A stretch of 48,440 nt of DNA from assembly GCA_002869205.1 (NCBI GenBank), contig PKTJ01000023.1:1-48440 (forward strand), in the 5' to 3' direction. Below the pieces are notes generated by a model. It saw only the letters and a list, made by a program, of their open reading frames with translations. It ran no database searches and was not told the DNA's origin. The translations under genes were made by a program, and so were the position numbers. Below, piece by piece: positions 1 to 9,019 of the stretch (positions within the stretch are counted from its first letter, which is position 1; each line of letters opens with the position of its first letter). The stretch comes from Candidatus Parcubacteria bacterium. Lineage in GTDB: Bacteria; Patescibacteriota; Patescibacteriia; Magasanikbacterales; UBA922.

Positions 1-95
1 GCCATCCTTCAAATTATATTTATGTTAAATATATATCTATTTGATATTTTAAATATCATGGTTTTGTATGAGAAAGCGGGGCTAAGAGGATTGTT

Positions 96-506
96 ATGAA
101 ATTAAAAAAAATAAAAAGTATTATAATATTCCATACAGTGCTCAATTTATCAATGCTCATATTCTTTTTTATACCTTTTGTAAATGGCACAGCATTGACT
201 TCAGATTTATTTCACTTGAGATCCTCTCTTCTTTTTGTTGGACTCATTGGTCTCCTGCTATTACAATTTAAAAACAAGGTCATATTAATTATGGCAAGTA
301 TATTTAATCTAGGTTTATTGATGTTCATAATATTTCAGGGACATCTGGTGCGTTCGTTTTTATTACTTATCAATTATCAAGGCTCTTTTTCAATATATTA
401 TTCTGATTTATGGCTCCTCGGAAATATCTTAGGTGGATTATTGATAATAATTACTGTTGCTTGGAACTTAATTTTTACATTTAAAATATATGAAAAAAAT
501 ATTTAA
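96..506 (+). CDS. Hypothetical membrane protein
   Basis: 136-aa ORF with about four hydrophobic stretches; overlaps the next start. Confidence 0.65.
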   Translation: MKLKKIKSIIIFHTVLNLSMLIFFFIPFVNGTALTSDLFHLRSSLLFVGLIGLLLLQFKNKVILIMASIFNLGLLMFIIFQGHLVRSFLLLINYQGSFSIYYSDLWLLGNILGGLLIIITVAWNLIFTFKIYEKNI

Positions 507-1944
507 ATATACTTTATTTGCTCTGTTTGTCTGGCTTTTTGTACACACAATTGTATTGCTTGCGGTGGGATTGAGTAGTAATACAAAAAAAACTGATGTA
601 ATCTTGATATTAGGAAATAAGGTTGAAGTGGATGGAACTCCTTCAAAAAGACTGAAAAGTAGACTAGATACTGGTGCAGAGTTGTACCATAAAAAACAAG
701 CTCCACTTATCATTGTGAGCGGAGGACTTGGAAAAGAAGTATATGATGAGGCCAAGACCATGAAAGAATATTTAATATCAAAAGATATACCTAGTAGTAA
801 TATTATTGTTGATGATGAAGGAAATAATACATACATGACAGCGATGAACTACAAATCCATAGCAAGACAACGGAAATTAAAGAGTGTTACTGTGGTGTCA
901 CAATATTATCATCTTTTGAGAACAAAAATGACACTCAAAAAATTTGGAATTGATCATGTGTATACGTCAAAAGCACAGATGTTTCCTGAGCTCAGAGATT
1001 TTTATTCTATACCAAGAGAAATCGTTGGATATTATAGTTACCTCTTAAAAGATTATACGGCAGAGACGGCCTCTACTTTTTTTTCAGAGCCATATGTAGA
1101 GGTGAGGAAGGGTGATTTGTGGTATGGAGATGTGTATTTTGTAAATAAAGAGGGAAAAGGAGTCCTCGTGTCGACGTCTAAATCTGTAGAAAATGGTCTT
1201 GTTACCTCAGAATTTGATAGTATTTTTTATATAGATGCACTATTGTCTCCAGATGAAAGAAAAATAGCAATAGTCGGAGCATGTTGGGAAGATGATTGTG
1301 TGTCGGTGTATGATATTGATACAAAGGAATTACATGAAACATTTGTGGCTAGTTCACAAGTAGAATGGCTTGATGATGGCCGTCTAAAAATAGTAGGAGG
1401 ATGTAGTAATCCAGTAGATTTTTGTGGAGTGTATGAATCTCAAAATAGTTCGAAGCCGTGGGAACTAGAAAAGACCATCGGGCAAAAGACTAAAGATAAT
1501 ACATATTCTATAAAAAATTTGAATTTTGGTATCGAGGAAACCATCCCAATTTTATATAGAGGTTCATTTGGTTATGAAGAAAAAGAAAAATTTGTTGAAT
1601 TGGGAAGGCCTATGCCCGAAGATCTTTTTTGGGGATCAGTAGAATATTTATATACACCTAGAGGACAAGAGTTTAAGCTGCTTGCTCAGGCAAATATGTC
1701 TGACAACCTTGGGGACGGTGAATTTTATAATGGTTGGCTTACTAATGGAATGAAAACAGAGTATGTAAATACAGGTAAACTTATAGAGGCTACAAGATAT
1801 GGAGAAATAATCTATGGAAATGGATTTGTATCTGATTCAGATTATTCTGATTATCAAATTTATATTATTAGTAGAGAAAAGGGTGACGTTGGTGTATCTC
1901 CTAGGAACGAGATGGTTCTGACTGTATTACTTAAAGTTCAATAA
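490..1944 (+). CDS. YdcF/DUF218 (SanA/ElyC-like) domain protein with long C-terminal extension
   Basis: N-terminal TM helix then DVILILG, RL..G..LY, IIVSGG, EA..M..YL, NTY, VSQYYHLLR and RE motifs typical of DUF218; about 290 further aa of unknown fold. Confidence 0.75.
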   Translation: MKKIFKYTLFALFVWLFVHTIVLLAVGLSSNTKKTDVILILGNKVEVDGTPSKRLKSRLDTGAELYHKKQAPLIIVSGGLGKEVYDEAKTMKEYLISKDIPSSNIIVDDEGNNTYMTAMNYKSIARQRKLKSVTVVSQYYHLLRTKMTLKKFGIDHVYTSKAQMFPELRDFYSIPREIVGYYSYLLKDYTAETASTFFSEPYVEVRKGDLWYGDVYFVNKEGKGVLVSTSKSVENGLVTSEFDSIFYIDALLSPDERKIAIVGACWEDDCVSVYDIDTKELHETFVASSQVEWLDDGRLKIVGGCSNPVDFCGVYESQNSSKPWELEKTIGQKTKDNTYSIKNLNFGIEETIPILYRGSFGYEEKEKFVELGRPMPEDLFWGSVEYLYTPRGQEFKLLAQANMSDNLGDGEFYNGWLTNGMKTEYVNTGKLIEATRYGEIIYGNGFVSDSDYSDYQIYIISREKGDVGVSPRNEMVLTVLLKVQ

Positions 1945-1981
1945 ATTAATCTTAGTTCGAACATAGTCCGTCCCCCCGAGC

Positions 1982-2005
1982 AAAAATCCCCAAAGGGGAT
2001 TTTTT
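1982..2005 (+). terminator. Intrinsic terminator (probably bidirectional)
   Basis: AAAAATCCCC-AAA-GGGGATTTTTT. Confidence 0.7.
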
Positions 2006-2092
2006 GTTTTATGAAAGAAGTTTGTGTATTTTTCTTGAATATATTAAGGAATATAATATATACTGACAATATATAATTTTTAGTATAGAAAT

Positions 2093-2275
2093 ATGAAACA
2101 CAAAGTCCATCGCTTGGATGTAAAAAGCGATAACATGCAAGAGAAATTGCAACTTTTCTTAAATGATTTGAGAGGAGAGGTTGTTGCAGTAATTCCAAAT
2201 GTGAAGCCTACCTTCCAACTCATGGGAGCAACTGCCAAGATAAATTATTTGTTGATTGTGGAGAAAGTTGCTTAA
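2093..2275 (+). CDS. Small hypothetical protein (60 aa)
   Basis: ATG-started ORF filling the gap, protein-like composition. Confidence 0.6.
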   Translation: MKHKVHRLDVKSDNMQEKLQLFLNDLRGEVVAVIPNVKPTFQLMGATAKINYLLIVEKVA

Positions 2276-2353
2276 ACGTATTTTTTGTATCGAACAGGTA
2301 AAACATATTTTTTTATATGAAAACTTGTGATATAATAAACACAATAAAACAAT

Positions 2354-3004
2354 ATGAGAATTGAAATTGCACACTATTATGACAATATAAAAACACCTGG
2401 CGAACTCGTGGCGGTTTTTTTGGTTATACCTGCAGAATTTCGAAATCAACTCATAGAGAAATACGGAAAAAAGTTTGAAGAACTTATACCAGACGCAACA
2501 ACATTGTTCAAAATCCTTGATAAAGTTAATGCTGAGGGTAGAAAGATGCTCTGCGAAAATATAACCTTGGATAATGTACTCAAGAATGCAGAAGAGGTGA
2601 GAGCGCTTACTATGAGATTGTTTTCTGGAAGTGACAAAATAATGATTTTGGGAAAACTTAATTTATCTCGATTGATTACAAACGCAAAAGAGCTTTCAGA
2701 AATTCTCGAATGGCTCGATGAAAAAGGAAAAGAATATCTCCTCAAACACGTCGATCTCAAAAAACTCATTCGAAATGTAAATGATTTTTGTCAGGTTGCA
2801 CGTCATCTGGGCGGGGTAGAAGAAATAAAACTCATCAAATCAAATAAAAAAATACTCAAACAAGGTATTACGGGAGAAGAAACACTTATTATGACGCTCA
2901 ATGCATTGAGTTTGTCTGGGGACTTATTTTTGGTGGATTTACCGTTTATCAAGAAATTACAAATCAGCAAACATCGTTGTGCAAATTATTTGCCAAAAAA
3001 ATAA
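2354..3004 (+). CDS. Hypothetical helical protein
   Basis: 216-aa ORF; TGATATAAT extended -10 just upstream; 3 bp from the next gene. Confidence 0.7.
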   Translation: MRIEIAHYYDNIKTPGELVAVFLVIPAEFRNQLIEKYGKKFEELIPDATTLFKILDKVNAEGRKMLCENITLDNVLKNAEEVRALTMRLFSGSDKIMILGKLNLSRLITNAKELSEILEWLDEKGKEYLLKHVDLKKLIRNVNDFCQVARHLGGVEEIKLIKSNKKILKQGITGEETLIMTLNALSLSGDLFLVDLPFIKKLQISKHRCANYLPKK

Positions 3005-3007
3005 TAT

Positions 3008-3955
3008 ATGCCTAAAAAAACACGCATACTAGGTGGCTCAAAATACAAGATGAATGATGCGCATTTACATGTCGTTGATTTTATGCAAAATTCTCGTGAT
3101 TTTACTGACATCTTGCGTGAGATGAACAAGGCAAATATCCAAAAAGCAGCTATCTTTGGTCTGCCGGTGAAGAAAACATACTCTGAATTTGAATATAACA
3201 AACCTGCATACTATCTGGACAATAATGCGAAATGTTATTATTTTTCTGAGACCGATGATATTATTGTAAATAAATATAGAAAACTTACACAACAACAAAA
3301 AAAGCGTCTCGTCCCATTGCTTTGTGGGTTTAATCCGACAGACAGAAGCTCGGTAGATATTATTCGTGCAAAGTTAAAAAGATATAGAGGGGTTTTCAAA
3401 GGTGTGGGTGAAGTGATGCTTCGGCATGATGATCTGACCAATATGACACTTGGGCAAACACCACGTGGTAATACCGAAGCAATGATGGACGTGGCACAGC
3501 TCTGTCGTGAAGAAAACATTCCACTTCTCATTCATCACAATCTCACTTCTGTCTGGCTCGATACACATCCTGAGTATTTGCGTGAACTTCATGACTTGCT
3601 CCAGCGAAATCCAAACACGACTGTTGTGTGGGCTCACTGTGGTGCGTCTCGTCGAGTAAACATACCAAATTACGATACCATTATTCGCAACATGCTTACG
3701 TATTATCATAATCTATATGTAGATTATAGTTGGATTTTTTATGATGAAATTTTGTGTAGTAATGGTGAGCCACGTGAGGCATGGATAAAGTTGACTGAAG
3801 ATTTTTCTGATCGTATTATGCTTGGTAGTGATTTGTTTCTAAACTATGAATTACTAGGTCATGTCATGAAACGATATGACAACTTCTTGGATAGATTGAC
3901 ACCTAAGACGCGAGAGAAGGTTTGTACAGGGAATTTCAATAAGATATTTGGTTAG
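3008..3955 (+). CDS. Amidohydrolase-family metal-dependent hydrolase
   Basis: DAHLH, GVGE, WAHCG and LGSD motifs of TIM-barrel amidohydrolases. Confidence 0.85.
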   Translation: MPKKTRILGGSKYKMNDAHLHVVDFMQNSRDFTDILREMNKANIQKAAIFGLPVKKTYSEFEYNKPAYYLDNNAKCYYFSETDDIIVNKYRKLTQQQKKRLVPLLCGFNPTDRSSVDIIRAKLKRYRGVFKGVGEVMLRHDDLTNMTLGQTPRGNTEAMMDVAQLCREENIPLLIHHNLTSVWLDTHPEYLRELHDLLQRNPNTTVVWAHCGASRRVNIPNYDTIIRNMLTYYHNLYVDYSWIFYDEILCSNGEPREAWIKLTEDFSDRIMLGSDLFLNYELLGHVMKRYDNFLDRLTPKTREKVCTGNFNKIFG

Positions 3956-3981
3956 TGTGATAATTTAGTTTATATCGAAAT

Positions 3982-4006
3982 AAAAAACCCCAAACCCGGG
4001 GTTTTT
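3982..4006. terminator. Bidirectional intrinsic terminator
   Basis: AAAAAACCCC-AAACCC-GGGGTTTTT between the amidohydrolase gene and the convergent ncRNA. Confidence 0.7.
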
Positions 4007-4019
4007 AAAATATTTGAGA

Positions 4020-4218
4020 ACGGATTTGGGGGAGGCGGGAGGTCAGCTGGAGTAGGTCGCTGATATATTATGCGCGCCGGAACTTAACCCTCCGATATGA
4101 CCAGAACGGTCAATGTAAGAGGCAATCCCTTGTGGTTAGGGAAAGGTTTCTAGGTGGGACGCGGCGTCCCGGGCGGCGCCGATGGACAACTGAACTCGAC
4201 GTCTCACCCCAAATCCGT
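4020..4218 (-). ncRNA. Candidate 6S RNA-like structured RNA (~200 nt)
   Basis: Ends form a perfect 12-bp stem (ACGGATTTGGGG/CCCCAAATCCGT) that continues as an irregular helix; no ORF; promoter immediately upstream and terminator downstream on -. Confidence 0.55.
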
Positions 4219-4224
4219 GGCTAC

Positions 4225-4253
4225 ATAATAAATCAAAAATAGGGGAGTGTCAA
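4225..4253 (-). promoter_or_regulatory. Sigma70 promoter of the ncRNA
   Basis: TTGACA-17 nt-TATTAT on -, six nt before the stem start. Confidence 0.75.
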
Positions 4254-4389
4254 TTGTAAGACAAACAAAAAAACACCTTGCAATGGGAGTTTTCCTTTCC
4301 TCCCCGACCACGTACGTGCGACCGGGGAAGAGTGCGTCTTGGGTTGGAGAAAAGGGCGATTTTGAGATAAGAGGTCTCCTTCGGGACCT

Positions 4390-4860
4390 CTAGGCGGCTT
4401 CGGCGCCGGGTCTGACGACCCAGTGGTTGATAGAGCCGTTGTCGATCATGATGACCGCCTCGCCGGGCTTGAGCTCGTCGAGGTTGGGAATGTTGTCGGC
4501 CTCTCTGAGGCTCACGAAGAACTCCGGGACGCTCTGCGCTTTCGTGAGCGGACATGTGGCGATCACCACCTCAGCGTGGATGGCCTCGACACTCATCGAA
4601 AGGCACGTCCGTGCGTAAGGTACCACAGTCTCGGTCAGGTTGGCGAAGTGGGTGTACTTAACAGTTCCTCTGGTCGCTTCGAGTGCTGTGCACAGTACCG
4701 CGGCGCAGGCCTCGGATTGCACGTCATCCTCGGACGCGAACACGACGATCCTGTCGTGCTGGTCGAAGATAGGCTTGAGTTCCCCTGCCAAGGTCGGCAT
4801 GAGATCAATATCCTCGGCCACGACGACGAAGATTCTACTGACGTTTTCCCAGTGAGGCAT
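4390..4860 (-). CDS. GC-rich orphan protein, possibly degenerate SixA/histidine-phosphatase fold
   Basis: ATG at 4860 preceded by GGAGG; TTGAAC-17-TATAAA promoter at 4910-4938; alpha/beta pattern but no RHG motif. Confidence 0.6.
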   Translation of the reverse strand: MPHWENVSRIFVVVAEDIDLMPTLAGELKPIFDQHDRIVVFASEDDVQSEACAAVLCTALEATRGTVKYTHFANLTETVVPYARTCLSMSVEAIHAEVVIATCPLTKAQSVPEFFVSLREADNIPNLDELKPGEAVIMIDNGSINHWVVRPGAEAA

Positions 4861-5108
4861 CCTATTCCTCCGTCCAGAAATCGCTGTGAGCGATGTTGGT
4901 TTCCTGTTTTTTATAGCATATTTACCGATTTTGTTCAAGGCAGGGGATTTCATAAACAAAAAACCGTCATAGTTAATCTGGGAGGGGTAGTAGGGGGTTT
5001 CCCCCTACCTACAACCCTTCCGCCTCGTCGGCGGACACTCGACAAGATTGCTTTTTTCTAGTACAATTATCCGTGCTACGTAAAGCGTGACCGCAACGCA
5101 GTTTCACT

Positions 5109-6308
5109 ATGAAAAGACTCATAATTCTCATAATCCTTGGACTCGCCATACTTGGTGTAGTCTTTTTTGTGCGTTCGACCGCAGGGACAACTCTAGAGTT
5201 GTCCGAAGTGGACGTCACAGAACCGCCCAAACCACAATATGACATAACAGAATATATTGTAGGTGAAGATGATATTTTTGCGACCATTATGGAAGATTGG
5301 GGAATTGGGTATAGTGACATGCTTACCATGGTAGATGCTGTGTCGAGTACGTACGACCTTACACGCATTCGCGTTGGTCAACCGATCAGACTTGCAAAAA
5401 ATGAGTATGGACACAATGTGTATCTCGAATATGAACGAAACAAAGATTTATGTGTACGCGTGTATTTTGAAAATGGTGGATACAGAGCAGAAGAATATGA
5501 TGTAGAATATGATGTAGAAATTGTGAAGCAACGTGCGACCGTGAGTAGCTCGATGTATATTGATGGGCTCGAAGCCGATATTCCCGAAGAAATTATTATG
5601 GAATTTGCAGATACGTTTGCATGGACGATTGATTTTTCTGTACAAGTAAAAAAGGGAGATAGTTTTGAAGTCATGTATGAAAAGCGTTCTCGCAAGGGAG
5701 AAGATGCAGGGATGGGAAATATTCTTGCAGCTAAGTTTATGAACGTTGGTACAGAGTTTAGTGCATATTTGTTTGAAAATGAAGAGGGGGATCTGGCGTA
5801 TTATAGTGGAGAAGGAGAAAGCATGGTGCGACAGTTCTTGCGTGCGCCTTTGGATTTCCGTCGTATTTCATCTGGCTATACCTATGCACGATTTGATCCG
5901 ATCAATGGTAGAAAACAAAAGCATCTGGCAATTGATTATGCTGCAGCCATGGGCACACCAATTATGGCAGTGGGGGATGGGACTATTCGTTTTGCTGGCT
6001 GGAACAATCAAGGGTTTGGTAATTTTGTAAGTATTCGTCATAATGATGTCTATATTACTGAGTACGCACACATGTCTGGATTTGCAAAAGGAATTCGAAA
6101 TGGTGTATTTGTCAAACAAGGGCAAGTGATTGGCTATGTAGGATCTACTGGTTGGTCTACTGGTCCACATCTTCACTATCAGATCAAGAAGTATGGGTCA
6201 CTAGTAAATCCTCTTGCACTTGAACTTCCACCAGGAGATCCAGTACCAGAAGGAAAACAAGAAGCGTTTGAAAATATTAAACAAAAATATAACGACATGA
6301 TGAAATAA
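5109..6308 (+). CDS. M23 family peptidoglycan DD-metalloendopeptidase (MepM-like)
   Basis: N-terminal TM helix; HLAID, YAHMS, GYVGSTGWSTGPHLHY motifs. Confidence 0.9.
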   Translation: MKRLIILIILGLAILGVVFFVRSTAGTTLELSEVDVTEPPKPQYDITEYIVGEDDIFATIMEDWGIGYSDMLTMVDAVSSTYDLTRIRVGQPIRLAKNEYGHNVYLEYERNKDLCVRVYFENGGYRAEEYDVEYDVEIVKQRATVSSSMYIDGLEADIPEEIIMEFADTFAWTIDFSVQVKKGDSFEVMYEKRSRKGEDAGMGNILAAKFMNVGTEFSAYLFENEEGDLAYYSGEGESMVRQFLRAPLDFRRISSGYTYARFDPINGRKQKHLAIDYAAAMGTPIMAVGDGTIRFAGWNNQGFGNFVSIRHNDVYITEYAHMSGFAKGIRNGVFVKQGQVIGYVGSTGWSTGPHLHYQIKKYGSLVNPLALELPPGDPVPEGKQEAFENIKQKYNDMMK

Positions 6309-6311
6309 CAT

Positions 6312-7118
6312 ATGTTTGAAACTCCAGAACTAATCGCATTTGCTCTTACTCTATTCGCTGGCCTCTCGACTGGTGTTGGTAGTGCGCTTGCGTTTTTTAC
6401 CAAGCGAACCAATACCAAGGCACTGTCACTTGCACTTGGGTTTAGTGCCGGTGTGATGCTGTATGTATCGTTTATAGAAATGATGCCAGCAGGATTTGAA
6501 AAAGCAGAAAGTGCATTTGGTGATGTGGGTGCATGGTATATTGTCGGATCATTTTTTCTTGGAATTGCTATTGTTGCACTTATTGATAAGTTGGTTCCTG
6601 AATTTGAAAATCCACATGAAGTGCATACTGTAGAAGATATGGAAAAAGAAGACGATGAGCATGATCACAAACATTTGATGCGCCTAGGAGTTCTTACGGC
6701 CGTTGCGCTTGCGATTCATAATTTCCCCGAAGGACTTGTGACATTTATTAGCGCACTCGATGATGTGACGGTTGGTGTCTCTATTGCGATTGCTGTTGCT
6801 ATTCACAATATTCCAGAAGGTATCGCAGTATCTGTACCTATTTACTATGCAACCAAGAGTAAGAAAAAAGCATTTTGGTATTCATTCTTGTCAGGTTTGG
6901 CAGAACCACTTGGTGCATTTCTCGGTTGTTTATTTTTTTGCAGTATCCTTGGAGACGGGGCATATGGAATTATCTTTGCGGCAGTGGCTGGTATTATGAT
7001 CTATGTTTCGCTCGATGAGCTCTTGCCTGCAGCACGCAGGTATGGTGAACACCATCTGGCAATCTATGGACTGATTGCTGGTATGGCTGTGATGGCAGTA
7101 AGCTTGTTAATCATCTAG
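6312..7118 (+). CDS. zupT: Zinc transporter ZupT (ZIP family)
   Basis: HNFPEG and HNIPEG signatures, GFSAGVMLY, His/acidic loop. Confidence 0.92.
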   Translation: MFETPELIAFALTLFAGLSTGVGSALAFFTKRTNTKALSLALGFSAGVMLYVSFIEMMPAGFEKAESAFGDVGAWYIVGSFFLGIAIVALIDKLVPEFENPHEVHTVEDMEKEDDEHDHKHLMRLGVLTAVALAIHNFPEGLVTFISALDDVTVGVSIAIAVAIHNIPEGIAVSVPIYYATKSKKKAFWYSFLSGLAEPLGAFLGCLFFCSILGDGAYGIIFAAVAGIMIYVSLDELLPAARRYGEHHLAIYGLIAGMAVMAVSLLII

Positions 7119-7176
7119 CCTTTTAGAAGAGTTTAAAATGTGGTACAATAGTGCCACTTATTTTTTTAAAAAACCT

Positions 7177-7530
7177 ATGCAAGACATACAATCAGTATTC
7201 AACCGTATCCAAGAGTCAAAAAAAGAACAGCGAGATATTCGCAAAATGTACAAAGATGCATTGGACGGGGTGCAGGAATATCAAGAGATCCAAGAAAAAA
7301 CAAAATCACTTCGTGAAAAAAAGAAACGTATCGAAACAACAATTAAAGAACAATTTGCAAGTGAACTTACAAAACTGGAGGATCTCAAGATTGATATTGA
7401 ATCTGACACACAGATGATTACCGATATTGCGCTGAGTAAAATCACTAAGGGCGAAACAGTAGAAGTCACTGACCAGCATGACAATGAATATGAGCCAGTG
7501 TTTAATCTAAAATTTAAGAAGGTGAACTAG
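7177..7530 (+). CDS. Hypothetical coiled-coil protein
   Basis: ATG at 7177 downstream of TGGTACAAT extended -10 (7141-7149); charged helical sequence. Confidence 0.75.
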   Translation: MQDIQSVFNRIQESKKEQRDIRKMYKDALDGVQEYQEIQEKTKSLREKKKRIETTIKEQFASELTKLEDLKIDIESDTQMITDIALSKITKGETVEVTDQHDNEYEPVFNLKFKKVN

Positions 7531-7536
7531 AATATT

Positions 7537-7570
7537 ATACGGATTTCCGGATAATCCAGATCTACGGATA
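7537..7570. repeat. Short member of the GGATAATCCAGA palindromic repeat family
   Basis: ATACGGATTTCCGGATAATCCAGATCTACGGATA matches the start of the 17026-17128 copy minus a 27-bp internal segment. Confidence 0.75.
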
Positions 7571-7701
7571 AAAATGTGATTAAAAAAGAACGGTGGAAGC
7601 CGTTTTTTTATTTTTTTAAAACATGGTATGATGGATTAAGAAATAGTCGGCAAAAAGATTTTTTGTTGGCTCTGGCCACAACGTGCTCCATAGGAGGATG
7701 C

Positions 7702-7974
7702 ATGGCGTCAAACAGTGCGCGAAGGCGTAGGAACAGAGAGTCCAAGACGCGGGCTGCTGAACAAGAAGCCAAGAGGCAGAAGAGCTTCAAGCCTGGGCAA
7801 CAGGAGGAAGGCGGCATCTCTGCTGGTCCTGCTGTTCAAGCTCAGACAGCTTCGAAGAAGTCCGGTCGTCCGGTCATCCCCGCGGGTCGCAACATGACTC
7901 GTACACCGTTCGGGACTGACATCAGCCGGAGGAAGAACCTCTGGGAGAAGCCTCCGGGCGCCGCGAAGAAGTAG
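7702..7974 (+). CDS. GC-rich, basic, probably disordered orphan protein (90 aa)
   Basis: AGGAGG before ATG 7702; TGGTATGAT extended -10 at 7624-7632; R/K-rich low-complexity sequence. Confidence 0.6.
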   Translation: MASNSARRRRNRESKTRAAEQEAKRQKSFKPGQQEEGGISAGPAVQAQTASKKSGRPVIPAGRNMTRTPFGTDISRRKNLWEKPPGAAKK

Positions 7975-8144
7975 ACCCACTCTCTTCGTAGAGAGTTTGT
8001 CTTTTACATCGTACACCCCGCTAGGCCATGCAGCGGGGAGGAAGTCACATCAAACCTCCCATTTGGGAGGATTTTTTTATCCACAATTGACCAGATCTCT
8101 TAAAAGCGTACAATTATAGTAGTAATTTAATTAACTATAAGATT

Positions 8145-8375
8145 ATGAAAGCAGTAGTCTATTCTACCCCTTCATGTCCATATTGTAATCAGGCAAAAGA
8201 TTATTTCAAAGAAAATAATGTAGAGTTTGAAGATTTCAATGTAGCAGAAGATCAGGCAAAAGCTCAGGAGATGGTCAAAAAATCTGGCCAAATGGGTGTG
8301 CCAGTCATCGATCTTGAAGGAACTATCATTGTTGGTTTTGACAAAGCAAAGATCAACGAGGTTCTCGGATTATAA
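8145..8375 (+). CDS. Glutaredoxin-like protein (NrdH/YruB family)
   Basis: CPYC, GQMGVPVI, VGFD motifs. Confidence 0.92.
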   Translation: MKAVVYSTPSCPYCNQAKDYFKENNVEFEDFNVAEDQAKAQEMVKKSGQMGVPVIDLEGTIIVGFDKAKINEVLGL

Positions 8376-8389
8376 TATCTAGAATATAC

Positions 8390-8416
8390 AAAAAAGTCCA
8401 CGTGTTGGACTTTTTT
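8390..8416 (+). terminator. Intrinsic terminator
   Basis: AAAAAAGTCCA-loop-TGGACTTTTTT. Confidence 0.7.
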
Positions 8417-8504
8417 GTTTCACCCTCTTCGGGTGATGAATTTTACTTGTGGTGACAGGGGATTCATATTATACTTAAAATATATAAGTCTTAAGTAAGA
8501 ATAT

Positions 8505-8759
8505 ATGGAAAATCAATTATGTGATTCGTGTAGTTTACCACTGACACCAGATGTCGTGGCACCAAAGAATGTTACTCAGTGGAAGCTTTGTAAATATTGT
8601 GTAAAAGACGAGACAGGGGAGATGTGGTCACGTGAGGAAATACTAACGGGTATTCGAGATCATTTTTTCATTGCAGATCAGGGAATGGCAGAAGACGCTG
8701 CTCAGAGGGCTGCCGAAGAAGCATTGAAAAAAATGCCTGCGTGGAAAGATGCTGAGTAG
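8505..8759 (+). CDS. Small zinc-ribbon domain protein
   Basis: CDSC...CKYC plus C-terminal MPAWK. Confidence 0.7.
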   Translation: MENQLCDSCSLPLTPDVVAPKNVTQWKLCKYCVKDETGEMWSREEILTGIRDHFFIADQGMAEDAAQRAAEEALKKMPAWKDAE

Positions 8760-8799
8760 ACTATTTATAATTCAAGAACCAATGTGTTTAATTATTAGA

Positions 8800-8828
8800 C
8801 CCCCTCTAACTCCCCCTATTAGGGGGAG
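8800..8828. repeat. C-rich palindromic repeat unit
   Basis: CCCCCTCTAACTCCCCCTATTAGGGGGAG, close to the reverse complement of 39072-39100. Confidence 0.7.
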
Positions 8829-8894
8829 GATTTTTTATATAGAAGACTTTTTTAATTTTCAAAAATATGGTAAAATATAGTTCCTTAACTCACT

Positions 8895-9006
8895 TTGTCA
8901 TTTCGACCGAAACCCGAAGAGGTGAAGTGGAGGAATCTTTTTTCTAAATAAAATTTTCTTTTAGAAAGAGATCTCTCGACTCGCTATCGCTCGCTCGAGA
9001 TGACAA
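8895..9006. mobile_element. MITE-like element with TGTCAT...ATGACA ends (empty relative of the GIY-YIG elements)
   Basis: Ends TTGTCATTTCGA / TCGAGATGACAA (11/12 complementary); inner GGAATCT...AGATCTC arms and TTTCTAAA/TTTAGAAA stem. Confidence 0.65.
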
Positions 9007-9019
9007 TAATCGCGAATCT

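Noticed and set aside
3..30. TTATGTTAAAT (20-30) equals the canonical XerD arm of dif
   Set aside because: The matching left arm position (CATCCTTCAAA) has no XerC-like or symmetric match; an 11-mer of this composition can arise by chance in AT-rich DNA
1954..1980. GTTCGAA followed by a C-run, resembling a tRNA 3' end or att remnant
   Set aside because: No cloverleaf can be folded, there is no CCA end and no second copy or integrase in the window
4423..5061. 212-aa plus-strand ORF
   Set aside because: Shadow of the GC-rich minus-strand gene, which has the promoter and SD motif
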